The notes below the pieces were generated by a model that was given only the letters and a program-made list of their open reading frames with translations, searched no databases and had not been told where the DNA came from. A stretch of DNA of 64,000 bases from a virus. Taxonomy: Duplodnaviria; Caudoviricetes. A program made the position numbers and the translations under genes. Below, in pieces: positions 46,362-56,476 of this stretch (within the stretch, counting starts at the first letter, position 1; the number at the start of each line of letters is the position of its first letter). Where the stretch lies: the IMG/VR virus record IMGVR_UViG_3300010344_000850, positions 1-64,000 of that record; one strand, 5' to 3'.

Positions 46362-46479
46362 TTGTTTAACTATTTTAGCTATATGTGTTTTAGGAGTATT
46401 AACTTTTTTAGGCTTGAAAATAACAATCAGTCTTATTGTAGATTTATTTTACGATGAAATTAAGAAAAGGAAACTATAA

Positions 46480-49400
46480 TTGAGAATCACAAATATTCAT
46501 AATATAAACAGAGAAACGTACCTCTTTTGTCGAAAGGAGGACGGAACTCAAGAAATCATTAAAGACAATTCCTTCTTCCCTTTCTATTATGAATATGACG
46601 CTCAGGGGAAATATAGGGGATATGACGGAACTCCTCTTAAAAAAGTAATTGTAAGTAATCCTAGTGATGTTAGGAAGAATAGGTCTTTAGGTTCTTTCGG
46701 AAGCGATATTTCTTTTAAGAAACTTTACTTAACTCATAAAGTTAAGGAAATAGAAAAAGCTCCTGTTCGCTTTATGTTTATTGATATTGAAATTCAAACA
46801 AAAGAACTACCCGATATTAGACAAGCTAAAGCTCCTATTACTTGTATCAGCGTTTATGATAGTTTCAATAAGACAGTAGAAACGTTCTGGATAAAAGATT
46901 ATGATAGTGAGGAAACTCTGATTAATGAGTTTATTCATTATGTTAAACTCTGTAGTCCTGATTTGCTTTGTTTAACTCCTGATACAATAGTAAAAACACC
47001 TAATGGATTTACAAAATTAAGCAATCTTAAAATTGGAGATACTGTTTTATCAGTTAATAAGGAGAACAAATTTTCAGAAGCGAAGATAATTAATCTTTTT
47101 AAAAGTAAAAAGGAACTGTTAAAGTTTACAACAAAAAAGGACACTATAACATCTTCAAAAGACCACCTTTTTCCTGTTTTTAATGAAAATGAGTTTAAAA
47201 TTACTAACAGTTATCAAGCTACTTCTCTTAAAAAAGCTAAAGATATTAAAGAAGGAGATTTCTTTCTTAATCCTATTAATTATCTTCATGACGATGGAAA
47301 AAGAAGTGATTTCCATTGGTTAATGGGCTATTATTTCGCTGATGGAACAAAGGGGATTAATAAGAGACTAGAAATCAAGGACGAAAATAAAGAGCTTCTA
47401 GAGGAAGCTCAGAAAATCTTTAAGGAACTAGGAATTGAATCTAAGATAAGACTATCTAAAACTTGTTACCTCTTATATTCTGAACAAAGTTTTAAAGCTT
47501 TGGCTTTAAAAAATAAAATAACAGAGAACTACAATAATCTTCCTACTTATTTGAACTCCTTATCAGTAGGAGAACAAATTTCCTTAATCTCTGGATTTAT
47601 AGATGGAGATGGAAGAGCTAACAGCTCTATGAGCGTAGGAACTATCAACGAATATCTCATAGATTGGATATCTTATGTTTTGTGGGGATTAGGCATCCCT
47701 AATAAAAAAAGAACAGATTTTCCTAGAAAAGAAACAAACGAAAAACCTTTTCACAGCGTAAATATTGAAAGAACGTCTTTTAATTCTATTTTTTACTTAA
47801 AGCACCCTAAGAAAAAGAAATATTTAACTCTTACTGATAAATGCTGTAACAATACAGTTCCTTTTATTAAAGTGTTACAAAAATTAGTAGGAACTTGGAA
47901 AATACAACTTCCTAGTTATCTGAAAAAAGAATTTTGGAAAAACGATTATCAAATCAATAAAAAAGCAGCGTTACATATTCTTAATTTTTTACTTTCTTGC
48001 AATTTAAAACATTCAAATAAACATTTTGTTTTAAAACTGATTAATCTTTTAGAAAACTTCTACTTCTCTAAAATAGAGGAAATAGAGGAAATTTCTGAGG
48101 GAGACACAATAGAAATTAGCTTAGATAAACATTTTCTGTTTATAGCAAATAATATTTTAACACATAACTGTGGGTGGAACGTATCCTTCGATTATAATTA
48201 TTTACATAATCGTATCAAGAACTTCGCTAAAAGAATCAGTCCTATAAATCAAGATAGGTTCGCTCCTGAGGAATATAAGTATCCTGCTGGAATATCAATA
48301 CTTGATTATATGAGCCTCTTCAAAAAAGTATTCATGAGAGAGGCTAGTTACGCTTTGAACAACATTTCTCAGAAATACTTGAATGATGATGATTGGGGAG
48401 AGACGGACTTCTCACAGGTAACTGACGATATTAAAGAAAAGAATATCAATGACGTAAAACGCTTAGTTAAGTTAGAAGAAAAATTTAATCTATTAGGTTA
48501 TTTTGATGAAATTCGAAGATTGACGAAGGTACAGTGGGAAGACCTTTACCACAACTCCGCTATCATTGAATCTCTTCTTTTCGAAGAAGCTAAGAAGATG
48601 AATATCGTTCTCCCTAATAAACAGGAGAAGGTAGAAAACACTTCTTTTCAAGGAGCTACGAGAGAATCTAGTAAGACAGGGGCTTTATTTAATATCGGGA
48701 AGTATGATTTAGAATCAGCTTATCCTAGTATGATTATTAATTTCTGTTTAGATTTTCAGAACATTGTTACAGCTAAAGATACAATGACTCCTTCTGATTT
48801 AAAAAATGTAGTTGATATAGACGGAATATTGTTTAAACAAAATCCTAATACTCTTGTTCCGAATATGGTAAGAAAGATATTAACTCTTAAGAACAATCTC
48901 AAAAAAGAACTCGCTGAACACCCTAGCGAAGAATTAAAACTTAAATATAACGCTATTAAGGCAGTGGCAAATAGTGCCTTTGGAGCTTTCGGAAATCAAT
49001 ACTTCAGGCTTTATGATAATAGGATTACATCTTCTATCACTTATCTTGTTAGAGATTTGTTGATGTATACTAAAGATGAGTTAGAAAAGAAGAGTATTGA
49101 GACAGTGTATTGGGACACAGATTCAATTTTCGCTGATACTACAGTGAATATTCTCCCTATGTTAAACGAAACTATTCAAAAGTGGGGGAAAGAAAAGTAC
49201 AATAAAGATAGTATAGCTTTAAAGTATGACTACGAAGGCTATTTCGAGAAACTCTTTCTCTTAGCCAAGTGTCGTTATATCGGATATCTTAATAAAAAAG
49301 GTAAAGGGAAGATTGAACAAGAAGTTAAAGGAGTTGAAGTAAAGCGAGTATCATCGGCTAAATTTGAAGGACAATTTCAAGAGAAGCTAATAGATATGAT

Positions 49401-49812
49401 TCTAGATAAAAAATCTAGAGAAGAAGTAGAAGATTTTATCTTAGAACAAAAAAAAGCTTTAAAGAAAGCCCCTTTAGAAGATATAGCTTTCCCTATTAAA
49501 TTATCCTCTATTGTTTATAAAGGAAACCCTATTCAGAAAAGATGTTTAGATAATAGTAGAATAGTTTTTAAGGATATGAAAATAGGAGTAGGCGAAGTAT
49601 TCTATTATATCTTTGTAAAAGGCTACGGCTATGATAAATCTAATAAAGAAATTAACGTATTAGCCTTTAAAAAAGGACAGAATATTATTCCTAGAGAAAA
49701 GGTAGATTTTGAGGAAATGACAAGACGAAATATCGACGCTAAAATTTCAACAATCTATGAGGCTATGGGATGGAGCATTCAATCAGACGAACGTCAAGGG
49801 AGGCTTTTTTAA
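46480..49812 (+). CDS. family B DNA polymerase with intein (~710 aa spliced)
   Basis: Exo I FIDIE, Exo II GWN..FD..Y, Exo III N..DV; Pol motifs YDLESAYPSMI, K...NS.FG, YWDTDS, KCRY, KGVE. Confidence 0.93.
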   Translation: MRITNIHNINRETYLFCRKEDGTQEIIKDNSFFPFYYEYDAQGKYRGYDGTPLKKVIVSNPSDVRKNRSLGSFGSDISFKKLYLTHKVKEIEKAPVRFMFIDIEIQTKELPDIRQAKAPITCISVYDSFNKTVETFWIKDYDSEETLINEFIHYVKLCSPDLLCLTPDTIVKTPNGFTKLSNLKIGDTVLSVNKENKFSEAKIINLFKSKKELLKFTTKKDTITSSKDHLFPVFNENEFKITNSYQATSLKKAKDIKEGDFFLNPINYLHDDGKRSDFHWLMGYYFADGTKGINKRLEIKDENKELLEEAQKIFKELGIESKIRLSKTCYLLYSEQSFKALALKNKITENYNNLPTYLNSLSVGEQISLISGFIDGDGRANSSMSVGTINEYLIDWISYVLWGLGIPNKKRTDFPRKETNEKPFHSVNIERTSFNSIFYLKHPKKKKYLTLTDKCCNNTVPFIKVLQKLVGTWKIQLPSYLKKEFWKNDYQINKKAALHILNFLLSCNLKHSNKHFVLKLINLLENFYFSKIEEIEEISEGDTIEISLDKHFLFIANNILTHNCGWNVSFDYNYLHNRIKNFAKRISPINQDRFAPEEYKYPAGISILDYMSLFKKVFMREASYALNNISQKYLNDDDWGETDFSQVTDDIKEKNINDVKRLVKLEEKFNLLGYFDEIRRLTKVQWEDLYHNSAIIESLLFEEAKKMNIVLPNKQEKVENTSFQGATRESSKTGALFNIGKYDLESAYPSMIINFCLDFQNIVTAKDTMTPSDLKNVVDIDGILFKQNPNTLVPNMVRKILTLKNNLKKELAEHPSEELKLKYNAIKAVANSAFGAFGNQYFRLYDNRITSSITYLVRDLLMYTKDELEKKSIETVYWDTDSIFADTTVNILPMLNETIQKWGKEKYNKDSIALKYDYEGYFEKLFLLAKCRYIGYLNKKGKGKIEQEVKGVEVKRVSSAKFEGQFQEKLIDMILDKKSREEVEDFILEQKKALKKAPLEDIAFPIKLSSIVYKGNPIQKRCLDNSRIVFKDMKIGVGEVFYYIFVKGYGYDKSNKEINVLAFKKGQNIIPREKVDFEEMTRRNIDAKISTIYEAMGWSIQSDERQGRLF
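46969..48168 (+). mobile_element. intein (400 aa, LAGLIDADG) just before PolB Exo II motif
   Basis: PDLL|CLTPDT start, SS.DH, LMGYYFADG, LISGFIDGDG, FIANNILTHN|CGWN. Confidence 0.9.
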
Positions 49813-50049
49813 ATGAGTGAAAGTATAACTATTTTTGTAAACATTATAGATAAAATTAACGAGCTTGAAAAAATGATAGCTTTAAATGATGAAAGAGAAC
49901 TCGCTCATTTTCTTCTTCATTACGATAAGGATAAATATGAGGTCGTTGACATTGAATATAAATACGGCTCAGTTCATACAAATATGAGAGAATTTTTTAT
50001 ACAAAATCCCGATAATTTTGAACATGGACAAGAAAAAGGAGAAAACTAA
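49813..50049 (+). CDS. hypothetical protein
   Basis: Abuts the polB stop. Confidence 0.55.
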   Translation: MSESITIFVNIIDKINELEKMIALNDERELAHFLLHYDKDKYEVVDIEYKYGSVHTNMREFFIQNPDNFEHGQEKGEN

Positions 50050-50258
50050 TGATTACTTTTCGTGATTTAAGTTTTGAAATTAAGAAGGCTGAAAAAGAAT
50101 GTGAAAGTACTACCGATAATACTAAACTCTTGAAGGCTCTAGTTAAGCTTCAGACCTTACAGCTTAAGCTTCTTCATTCTATCAGATCAAATTCCGTGTT
50201 GTTAATGAAAGCTCAGGGAATTAGTTTTCAGGATAAACAGAACAAGGACGGCGAGTAA
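50049..50258 (+). CDS. hypothetical protein
   Basis: SD AAGGAG; TAATG overlap. Confidence 0.6.
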   Translation: MITFRDLSFEIKKAEKECESTTDNTKLLKALVKLQTLQLKLLHSIRSNSVLLMKAQGISFQDKQNKDGE

Positions 50259-50259
50259 G

Positions 50260-50682
50260 ATGCACACTTGGGGAGAAGAAGATTTCGATTGGGAAGGATT
50301 AGATAAAGCTGTCAGCTTTATTCACGCTAATTTACTTCGTTTCGGAAGAATAGAGGTTAGACAGTCTAAAGAAAAATTCGGAACCGCAAGGATTTATTGT
50401 TCTTTAGGCTTCTCTCAGCTTCACTCTATTACTCATCCTGGACATTGTTACAATAGATATCCTAAGTGGCTATGGAACTTAGACTGTATCTACGGAAGTA
50501 AGCTTATTCCTTTCTTATTTAATTGGTGGGTAGTCCCTTATCAGAAGTTTGTCTATAGAAAGGTCTATCAAGAAGCTTGTAAGAGGTGGCCTCATTTAGA
50601 AAAGGAGATTTGTTGTTGTGCAGATTTTAGAGAACTATTAACTTTTTATCCCTCTGAAAATTTAAGAAAGGGAGAAGTGTAA
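50260..50682 (+). CDS. conserved phage hypothetical protein
   Basis: Q.KEKFG..R.Y motif common in phage hypothetical proteins. Confidence 0.65.
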   Translation: MHTWGEEDFDWEGLDKAVSFIHANLLRFGRIEVRQSKEKFGTARIYCSLGFSQLHSITHPGHCYNRYPKWLWNLDCIYGSKLIPFLFNWWVVPYQKFVYRKVYQEACKRWPHLEKEICCCADFRELLTFYPSENLRKGEV

Positions 50683-50686
50683 AAAG

Positions 50687-52609
50687 ATGCCTAATAGAAT
50701 TATTACAGATGAATTTTTAAAAAAGTACAAAGGAAAACAACCTCCTTGGGGATACGCAGGCTTGGGATATGTGGTTTACAAACGCACTTATTCTCGTCTC
50801 AAGGAAGATAACACTTATGAAGAATGGCATGAGACAGTAGCGAGATGTATTAACGGCTCACAGGAAATCGGAGCTGATTACACGAAAGCGGAAGCTGAAC
50901 GTCTTTTTGATTATATGTTTAATTTAAAGTGTAATATGGCGGGTCGTATGTTATGGCAACTCGGTACTTCTCATATTAAGCGTTACGGAGGAAATTCACT
51001 CTTGAATTGCTGGGCAACAAAGATTGATACACCTGAAGCGTTTTGTTTTCTTTTTGAGAATCTTATGTTAGGCGGAGGGGTAGGATTTAGCGTTAGCCGT
51101 GAGGATGTTTATCAACTTCCTAATGTTAAAGAAGGAGTTAAAGTAGCTCATATTAACACAAAAGACGCTGATTTTATTGTTCCTGATAGTAGGGAGGGGT
51201 GGGTTTCATTACTGAGAAGGCTTCTTAAGTGTTTCTTTATTACAGGACGTTCTTTCACTTATTCTACTATTCTTGTCAGAGGATACGGAGAGAGGATTCA
51301 GGGATTTGGTGGAACAGCTAGTGGCCCAGGGATTCTTGTAGACGGAATTGATAAGATTGTTAAAATCTTTCAAAGTAGAGAAACTAAGAAACTGCGTTCT
51401 GTAGATGTTTTAGATATCTGTAATATTATCGGTTCTATTGTAGTATCGGGTAACGTGCGTCGAAGTGCTCAGGTCTCCATAGGCGACCCTGATGATTATC
51501 TCTTTATGAGAGCTAAGAGGTGGGACTTAGGAGATATTCCTAATTGGAGAGCTTTGTCGAATAATACAATCTACGCCGATGACTACTCTCATTTAACTAA
51601 GGATTTTTGGGAAGGCTACGAGGGGAACGGAGAGCCTTACGGATTATTCAACGTTAAGTTAGCTCAAACAGTAGGTCGAGCAGGAGAACATAAAAAAGAC
51701 AACGGCGACCTAGTGAATCCATGTTGCGAGATAGTCTTAGCTAATATGGAATGTTGTAATTTAAGCGAAGTTTATCTCAATAACGTAGAGTCTAAAGAAG
51801 AATTAAAAGACATAGTAAAGCTTCTTTATAAGACACAAAAAGCTGTTTGTACTCTCCCTTTTATTCATGAAGAAACAAATAAAATCGTTCATAAGAATAT
51901 GAGGATAGGAGTAGGGATGACGGGTATTTGTCAGTCATTAGAGAAGTTAGAGTGGTTAGATGAGACTTATAAGGATTTAAAACATTTTGATAAGGAGTGG
52001 AGTAAGAAGAAGGATTATTACGAAAGTATTCGTCTTACGACTGTTAAGCCTAGCGGAACATTAAGTTTGTTAGCGGGGGCTACTCCAGGAGTTCATCCTG
52101 CTTATAGTCAGTATTATATTAGAAGAGTGAGGATGGCTTCAGATGATAAGATGGTGAAGGTTTGTAAGGATTTAGGTTATCATACGGAATATGTTAAGAA
52201 CTTTGACGGAACTGAGAATTATAATACTACGATTGTAGAGTTTCCTTGTTATGCAGGGGATAATGTTATTGTAGCTAAAGACATGTCAGCCGTTAAACAG
52301 TTAGAATTAGTCAAGAAGATGCAGGAAATATGGTCGGATAATTCAGTGAGTGTTACTGTTTATTATAAAAAAGAAGAGTTGCCTGAGATTAAGAAATGGT
52401 TAAAAGAGAATTATAAAAATAGTCTTAAAACAGTCAGTTTTCTTCTTCATCAGGAACACGGCTTTAAACAAGCTCCTTACGAAGAAATTACTAAAGAAAA
52501 ATATAATGAATTAATGAAGAATATTAAACCTATTAAGTATTCTAAAATCGACGGAGGAACTGATTTAGATGTCGAGGAATGTGCGGGAGGAGTTTGCCCT
52601 ATCAAATGA
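50687..52609 (+). CDS. nrdJ: class II (adenosylcobalamin-dependent) ribonucleoside-triphosphate reductase
   Basis: YKRTYSR, GRMLW..G, NC, LM.GGGVGF, PDSREGW, GG.ASGP, V.GNVRRSA, NPC.EI, CNL, TVKPSGT, C-terminal ECAGGVCPIK. Confidence 0.93.
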   Translation: MPNRIITDEFLKKYKGKQPPWGYAGLGYVVYKRTYSRLKEDNTYEEWHETVARCINGSQEIGADYTKAEAERLFDYMFNLKCNMAGRMLWQLGTSHIKRYGGNSLLNCWATKIDTPEAFCFLFENLMLGGGVGFSVSREDVYQLPNVKEGVKVAHINTKDADFIVPDSREGWVSLLRRLLKCFFITGRSFTYSTILVRGYGERIQGFGGTASGPGILVDGIDKIVKIFQSRETKKLRSVDVLDICNIIGSIVVSGNVRRSAQVSIGDPDDYLFMRAKRWDLGDIPNWRALSNNTIYADDYSHLTKDFWEGYEGNGEPYGLFNVKLAQTVGRAGEHKKDNGDLVNPCCEIVLANMECCNLSEVYLNNVESKEELKDIVKLLYKTQKAVCTLPFIHEETNKIVHKNMRIGVGMTGICQSLEKLEWLDETYKDLKHFDKEWSKKKDYYESIRLTTVKPSGTLSLLAGATPGVHPAYSQYYIRRVRMASDDKMVKVCKDLGYHTEYVKNFDGTENYNTTIVEFPCYAGDNVIVAKDMSAVKQLELVKKMQEIWSDNSVSVTVYYKKEELPEIKKWLKENYKNSLKTVSFLLHQEHGFKQAPYEEITKEKYNELMKNIKPIKYSKIDGGTDLDVEECAGGVCPIK

Positions 52610-52971
52610 AAACCTCAATTTTATTATGCGATTTCGATGGAACGCTTTGTTCTCATGAGTACCCTAATATAGGTAAACCTAACGTTCATGTTATTGAATT
52701 TGTTAAGAATTTTAGAAAAAAGGGGAATAAAGTTATCCTTCATACTTGTAGGGGAGGTAAATGTTTAGAGAAAGCTTTAAGGTGGTGCGAGAAACATGGA
52801 TTAGAATTTGACGCTATAAATGATGATTTACCTGAGATAAAAGAAACAAGATTCGGGAAGACGAAGAGTAAGAAAATCTACGGAAATATTACATTAGATG
52901 ATAAGGCTCTTCATCCTGAAACTTTAAAAGTATTAAAAAATAAATACAGGGAGATTGATAATGACGATTGA
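52606..52971 (+). CDS. HAD-superfamily phosphatase
   Basis: DFDGTL...YP.IG.P, ILHTCR, ..K.....LDDK; ATGA overlap start 52606. Confidence 0.82.
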   Translation: MKTSILLCDFDGTLCSHEYPNIGKPNVHVIEFVKNFRKKGNKVILHTCRGGKCLEKALRWCEKHGLEFDAINDDLPEIKETRFGKTKSKKIYGNITLDDKALHPETLKVLKNKYREIDNDD

Positions 52972-53114
52972 AAAAGTTGATTTAGAGAAGGTAGCTATAC
53001 TGATTGATAAAGTTCGTCAGCTAAGAGATGAATACTTACTTTTATCCTCAGATGAACAAATCGCTTATGATTCTATTATGGATGATATGATTAAAACAGA
53101 AGAGAGTAAATAAT

Positions 53115-53885
53115 ATGAATCCGAGAATATTAATTCTTGACTTGGAAACAGCACCCGCTAAGGTTTATACTTGGGGTCTTTTTGACCAAAACATCGGAAC
53201 AAATCGGATTGTTGATGACGGATATGTGCTTTGTTGGTGTGCCAAATATTTAGGAGATAAAAATGTACTAAGCGACGCTCTTATTAATTATCCTGATTAT
53301 TACAAGAAAAATCCTCGTTGTGATAAGAAGATAGCTGAGTCGTTGTGGAAATTAATGAATGAGGCTGATATTATTGTTACTCATAACGGGCAGTCATTTG
53401 ATATACCGTGGGCTAATACGCTATTCTGTAAACACGGATTAAAGCCTGTAAGTCCGTTTAAAAATGTAGATACTTATTTAGCTGTAAGAAAGAAATTCCG
53501 ATTCATAAGCAACAAATTAGATTTTATCTGTAGAAAGCTTGATGTAGGACACAAACTCTCGACAGGAGGTTTTGAGTTGTGGGAGAAATGTATGAGAGGA
53601 GAAAAGAAGGCGTGGAAACATATGGTGCAGTATTGTAAACACGACGTAAAGCTCCTTGAGAAGTTGTATCTCATTATTCGTCCTTATGTTCACGGACATC
53701 CTAATGTCAATCTTTACAGAGGAGTTGTAGGAGAAGTTTGTCCTAATTGCGGAGAGAAGGAATTAGAGCGTAGAGGTTTTGAGTATACATCTCAATGCAA
53801 ATATCAAAGATATGTATGTAAAGCTTGTGGTCGTTGGAGTAGAGGGAAGAAACCTGAAGCTAAAACAACAATAACAGGAATCTAA
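53115..53885 (+). CDS. DnaQ/RNase_H_2-like 3'-5' exonuclease with C-terminal Zn ribbon
   Basis: ILDLET, HNG.SFD, DT, SNKLD, YC.HDV; CPNCG...C..CG. Confidence 0.85.
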   Translation: MNPRILILDLETAPAKVYTWGLFDQNIGTNRIVDDGYVLCWCAKYLGDKNVLSDALINYPDYYKKNPRCDKKIAESLWKLMNEADIIVTHNGQSFDIPWANTLFCKHGLKPVSPFKNVDTYLAVRKKFRFISNKLDFICRKLDVGHKLSTGGFELWEKCMRGEKKAWKHMVQYCKHDVKLLEKLYLIIRPYVHGHPNVNLYRGVVGEVCPNCGEKELERRGFEYTSQCKYQRYVCKACGRWSRGKKPEAKTTITGI

Positions 53886-53886
53886 G

Positions 53887-54153
53887 ATGTGGCACTATAG
53901 AATATGTAAAAGAAAAGATAAACAAGGAAATATATATTTCAACGTTGTTGAATTTTACAAAAATGTTCCTACAGGAAAAGGAAATAAAAAAACAAATCTT
54001 TAGTCTCAAGAACCAGAAGCTCCTTTCGGAGAGACTAAAAAAGAACTAATAGAGTGTCTAAAAATGATGTTGAAAGATTGTGAACATTACTCTGTTTTAG
54101 ATGAAACTAAACAGCGAAAAAAGGGTCAAAAACGAGCTAAAAAGCTTCGGTAG
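53887..54153 (+). pseudogene. conserved small phage gene interrupted by a TAG at 54001
   Basis: MWHYRICK...VEFY...NL*SQEPEAPFGET..EL.ECL.MML.D; coding pattern continues in frame past the stop. Confidence 0.55.
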
Positions 54154-54290
54154 GGGTAGGAGTAAGGGGGTACTCAAAACTACGCTAAAACACCCCTATT
54201 TTATTCGTGATTCGTCCTAAAAACCCCCCTTTTTAGGGGTATTTTTCGTTTTGAAGCAAATCCGAAATACCCCTTTTTAAGGATATTGAG
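54110..54290. repeat. phased A/T-tract element with core GGGTAGGAGTAAGGGG, copy B
   Basis: Core at 54154-54169; downstream blocks collinear with copy A. Confidence 0.7.
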
Positions 54291-54453
54291 AAAATGAGCG
54301 AAAAACGAGAAAAAATATACGAATGTGAGATATGTAGGTATACTGAACTTCGTATCAATCATTACGAAGAATTTCTTAAAAAATGCGGGAAATGTATGAA
54401 GAAATACCGAGATAGTTTAGATAGTAAAAATATTAAGAGGGATAAAAAGAGCT

Positions 54454-54645
54454 ATGGCGAGATTTGATTCGGACGGTGCTGGGAAAGGCGACAGTTACCG
54501 TGATGTAAATAAGAAAAAATATGACGAGAATTTTGATAGGATATTTGGAAAGAAACCTTTAAATATTATGAAAGAGAAAGAAGATGAAGAAACTGAAGGA
54601 AGTGAAACGAAACGGAACTTGGATTATGATAATCAAAATCTATGA
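54454..54645 (+). CDS. small conserved phage protein
   Basis: GAGKGD..R.V...KY.ENFDRIF motif. Confidence 0.6.
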   Translation: MARFDSDGAGKGDSYRDVNKKKYDENFDRIFGKKPLNIMKEKEDEETEGSETKRNLDYDNQNL

Positions 54646-54753
54646 AAAAATCTAAAATTAAAATCAGAGCAACATGGGAAATATCTCCCGTGACAAGAGT
54701 AAAACAAAGTAAAAAGAAGTATAAAAGAAAGAAGATAGATTTGCAAAAGGAGA

Positions 54754-55053
54754 TTGAGAATGAAGACTGACAAAGAATCAGAAGTTAAGATTGATAAAAT
54801 GACTTTGAATATTGACGGAGAGAAAGTATCTCTTACTATCGAACAAGCTAAGAAGCTTAAGAAAGTTCTTGATGAATTGTTCGGTAAAGAGGTTATTAAA
54901 GAAGTAGTGAAGGAAATTGAACATCATTATCATAAGGATTATTATTGGGATTTGGCAAAGCCTTACGTTACTTGGGGCGAAACAAATGAGTTTGCTCCTC
55001 TGCCTGATGTAGTTTATTACGCAGACATGAAAACTCTAAATGTGAATTTCTAA
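54754..55053 (+). CDS. hypothetical protein
   Basis: SD AAGGAG. Confidence 0.6.
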   Translation: MRMKTDKESEVKIDKMTLNIDGEKVSLTIEQAKKLKKVLDELFGKEVIKEVVKEIEHHYHKDYYWDLAKPYVTWGETNEFAPLPDVVYYADMKTLNVNF

Positions 55054-55103
55054 TGTTTAATAATTTTTCAAAATAGAAAACAACAATAAAAATAAAGAAT
55101 TCT

Positions 55104-55967
55104 ATGAGGAACTTCGTGATAGATAATATTGTAGTTGGAGACTGTCACATTAAAGAAAACGCTATAGATGAATTAGATTCTATCTTTTCAGAGATAATAA
55201 CTTATAAGAGTAAAAAATTAATAATCTTAGGAGATTACTATCATTCCAATAGACCTACAGGTAAGGAACTAGAATTCGGAACAAGATGGATAGATTCTTT
55301 TAGAAATCTTTATGAGGAAGTAGTTCTAATTAAAGGAAATCATGAAGCGTCTTCTGATAACTGTACTTGCGTTGATTATTTAAGATATTTAAATATAGGA
55401 GTTGTAGACACCTATATTAAAGACGATTGTTATTTTGCTCATCATTTTTTGAGTGAAAGTGAGTTAGCTTTCGGAACAGGAAAATATTCTATCGCTGATT
55501 TAAAAGATTACCGCTATGTTCTTCTCGGCCACCAGCATAAGTTCCAAGAGTTAGCTCCTAATATGTATCATTTAGGGGCTGTTAGAAAATGTGATTTCGG
55601 AGAAGCCTTTTATTCTCAGCCTAGAATAGCTTTATTTAAGGATGGAGAACTAGAGTTTAAGGAGTTAAAATCTCCTAGTCAAATCATTATCTGTTCTCAT
55701 CCTAATGAACTAAAAGGCTTAAACGAGAATAGTAGGATATTGTATATCTTTAATAGTTTTGAACAATTCTTAAATGAAATAGGAGAGGTTAATATCCAGA
55801 AACCTCTTTTTAAAGAATTAAAAATGAAAATGAACTTTAAGAAAGATGATAAAAAATATGAGAAAAATGAAAATCAATCTTTCAAGGAATTGTTTCAAGC
55901 CTTCTTAGAAAATTTAGCTCCTGATGTTAAAAAAGAACTAGAAGAAGTGATAGAATATGAAATATAG
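55104..55967 (+). CDS. SbcD/Mre11/gp47-like nuclease
   Basis: GD.H, LGD, GNHE, HH, LGHQH motifs; near the SbcC-like gene. Confidence 0.85.
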   Translation: MRNFVIDNIVVGDCHIKENAIDELDSIFSEIITYKSKKLIILGDYYHSNRPTGKELEFGTRWIDSFRNLYEEVVLIKGNHEASSDNCTCVDYLRYLNIGVVDTYIKDDCYFAHHFLSESELAFGTGKYSIADLKDYRYVLLGHQHKFQELAPNMYHLGAVRKCDFGEAFYSQPRIALFKDGELEFKELKSPSQIIICSHPNELKGLNENSRILYIFNSFEQFLNEIGEVNIQKPLFKELKMKMNFKKDDKKYEKNENQSFKELFQAFLENLAPDVKKELEEVIEYEI

Positions 55968-56283
55968 ATTTAAACTAAAAGGCGAAGAACTTAAAAAATG
56001 TGAAAATTATTATAAAGTTCTAGTAGCCTTAGAAGCTGAAAAAGAATATCCTATAATATGCGGCCATGGTGGAGAAGAGTGGCTGTGTCCTAAGTGTGCT
56101 CATGAGATTACGCAATTCTCTCAATTTGAAAACGAAACTACTCAAGTTGAATATCAATGCCCAATTTGTCCTTTGTGCGGTAGACCTATTTATCCTAATT
56201 CGGAATGGACTTTGTGGAAGAAGGCTAGAGAGTCTTTTATAGCTATTCATAAGGTTTGTGAAAAGATATATGATGTACGTTAA
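55957..56283 (+). CDS. hypothetical Cys-rich protein
   Basis: CGH...CPKC...CPLC. Confidence 0.55.
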   Translation: MKYRFKLKGEELKKCENYYKVLVALEAEKEYPIICGHGGEEWLCPKCAHEITQFSQFENETTQVEYQCPICPLCGRPIYPNSEWTLWKKARESFIAIHKVCEKIYDVR

Positions 56284-56476
56284 GTGGTTATGGATGGAAT
56301 GTGAGAAGTTTACGGCTACAGTAGATTTAAATCAGAACGATACCGTAATAGACGCTCCTCCTCAAATGAAGAACTTTGTAGGAAAACATAAAAGCTGTTT
56401 AGAATTTTATCTTAAAAGCGAATATCCTGACATAGAAATACAAGAGAGAAAGATATTTTTTAATGATAATTCATAA
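56258..56476 (+). CDS. hypothetical protein
   Basis: Operon context; DAPP..K.FVG motif. Confidence 0.5.
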   Translation: MKRYMMYVKWLWMECEKFTATVDLNQNDTVIDAPPQMKNFVGKHKSCLEFYLKSEYPDIEIQERKIFFNDNS

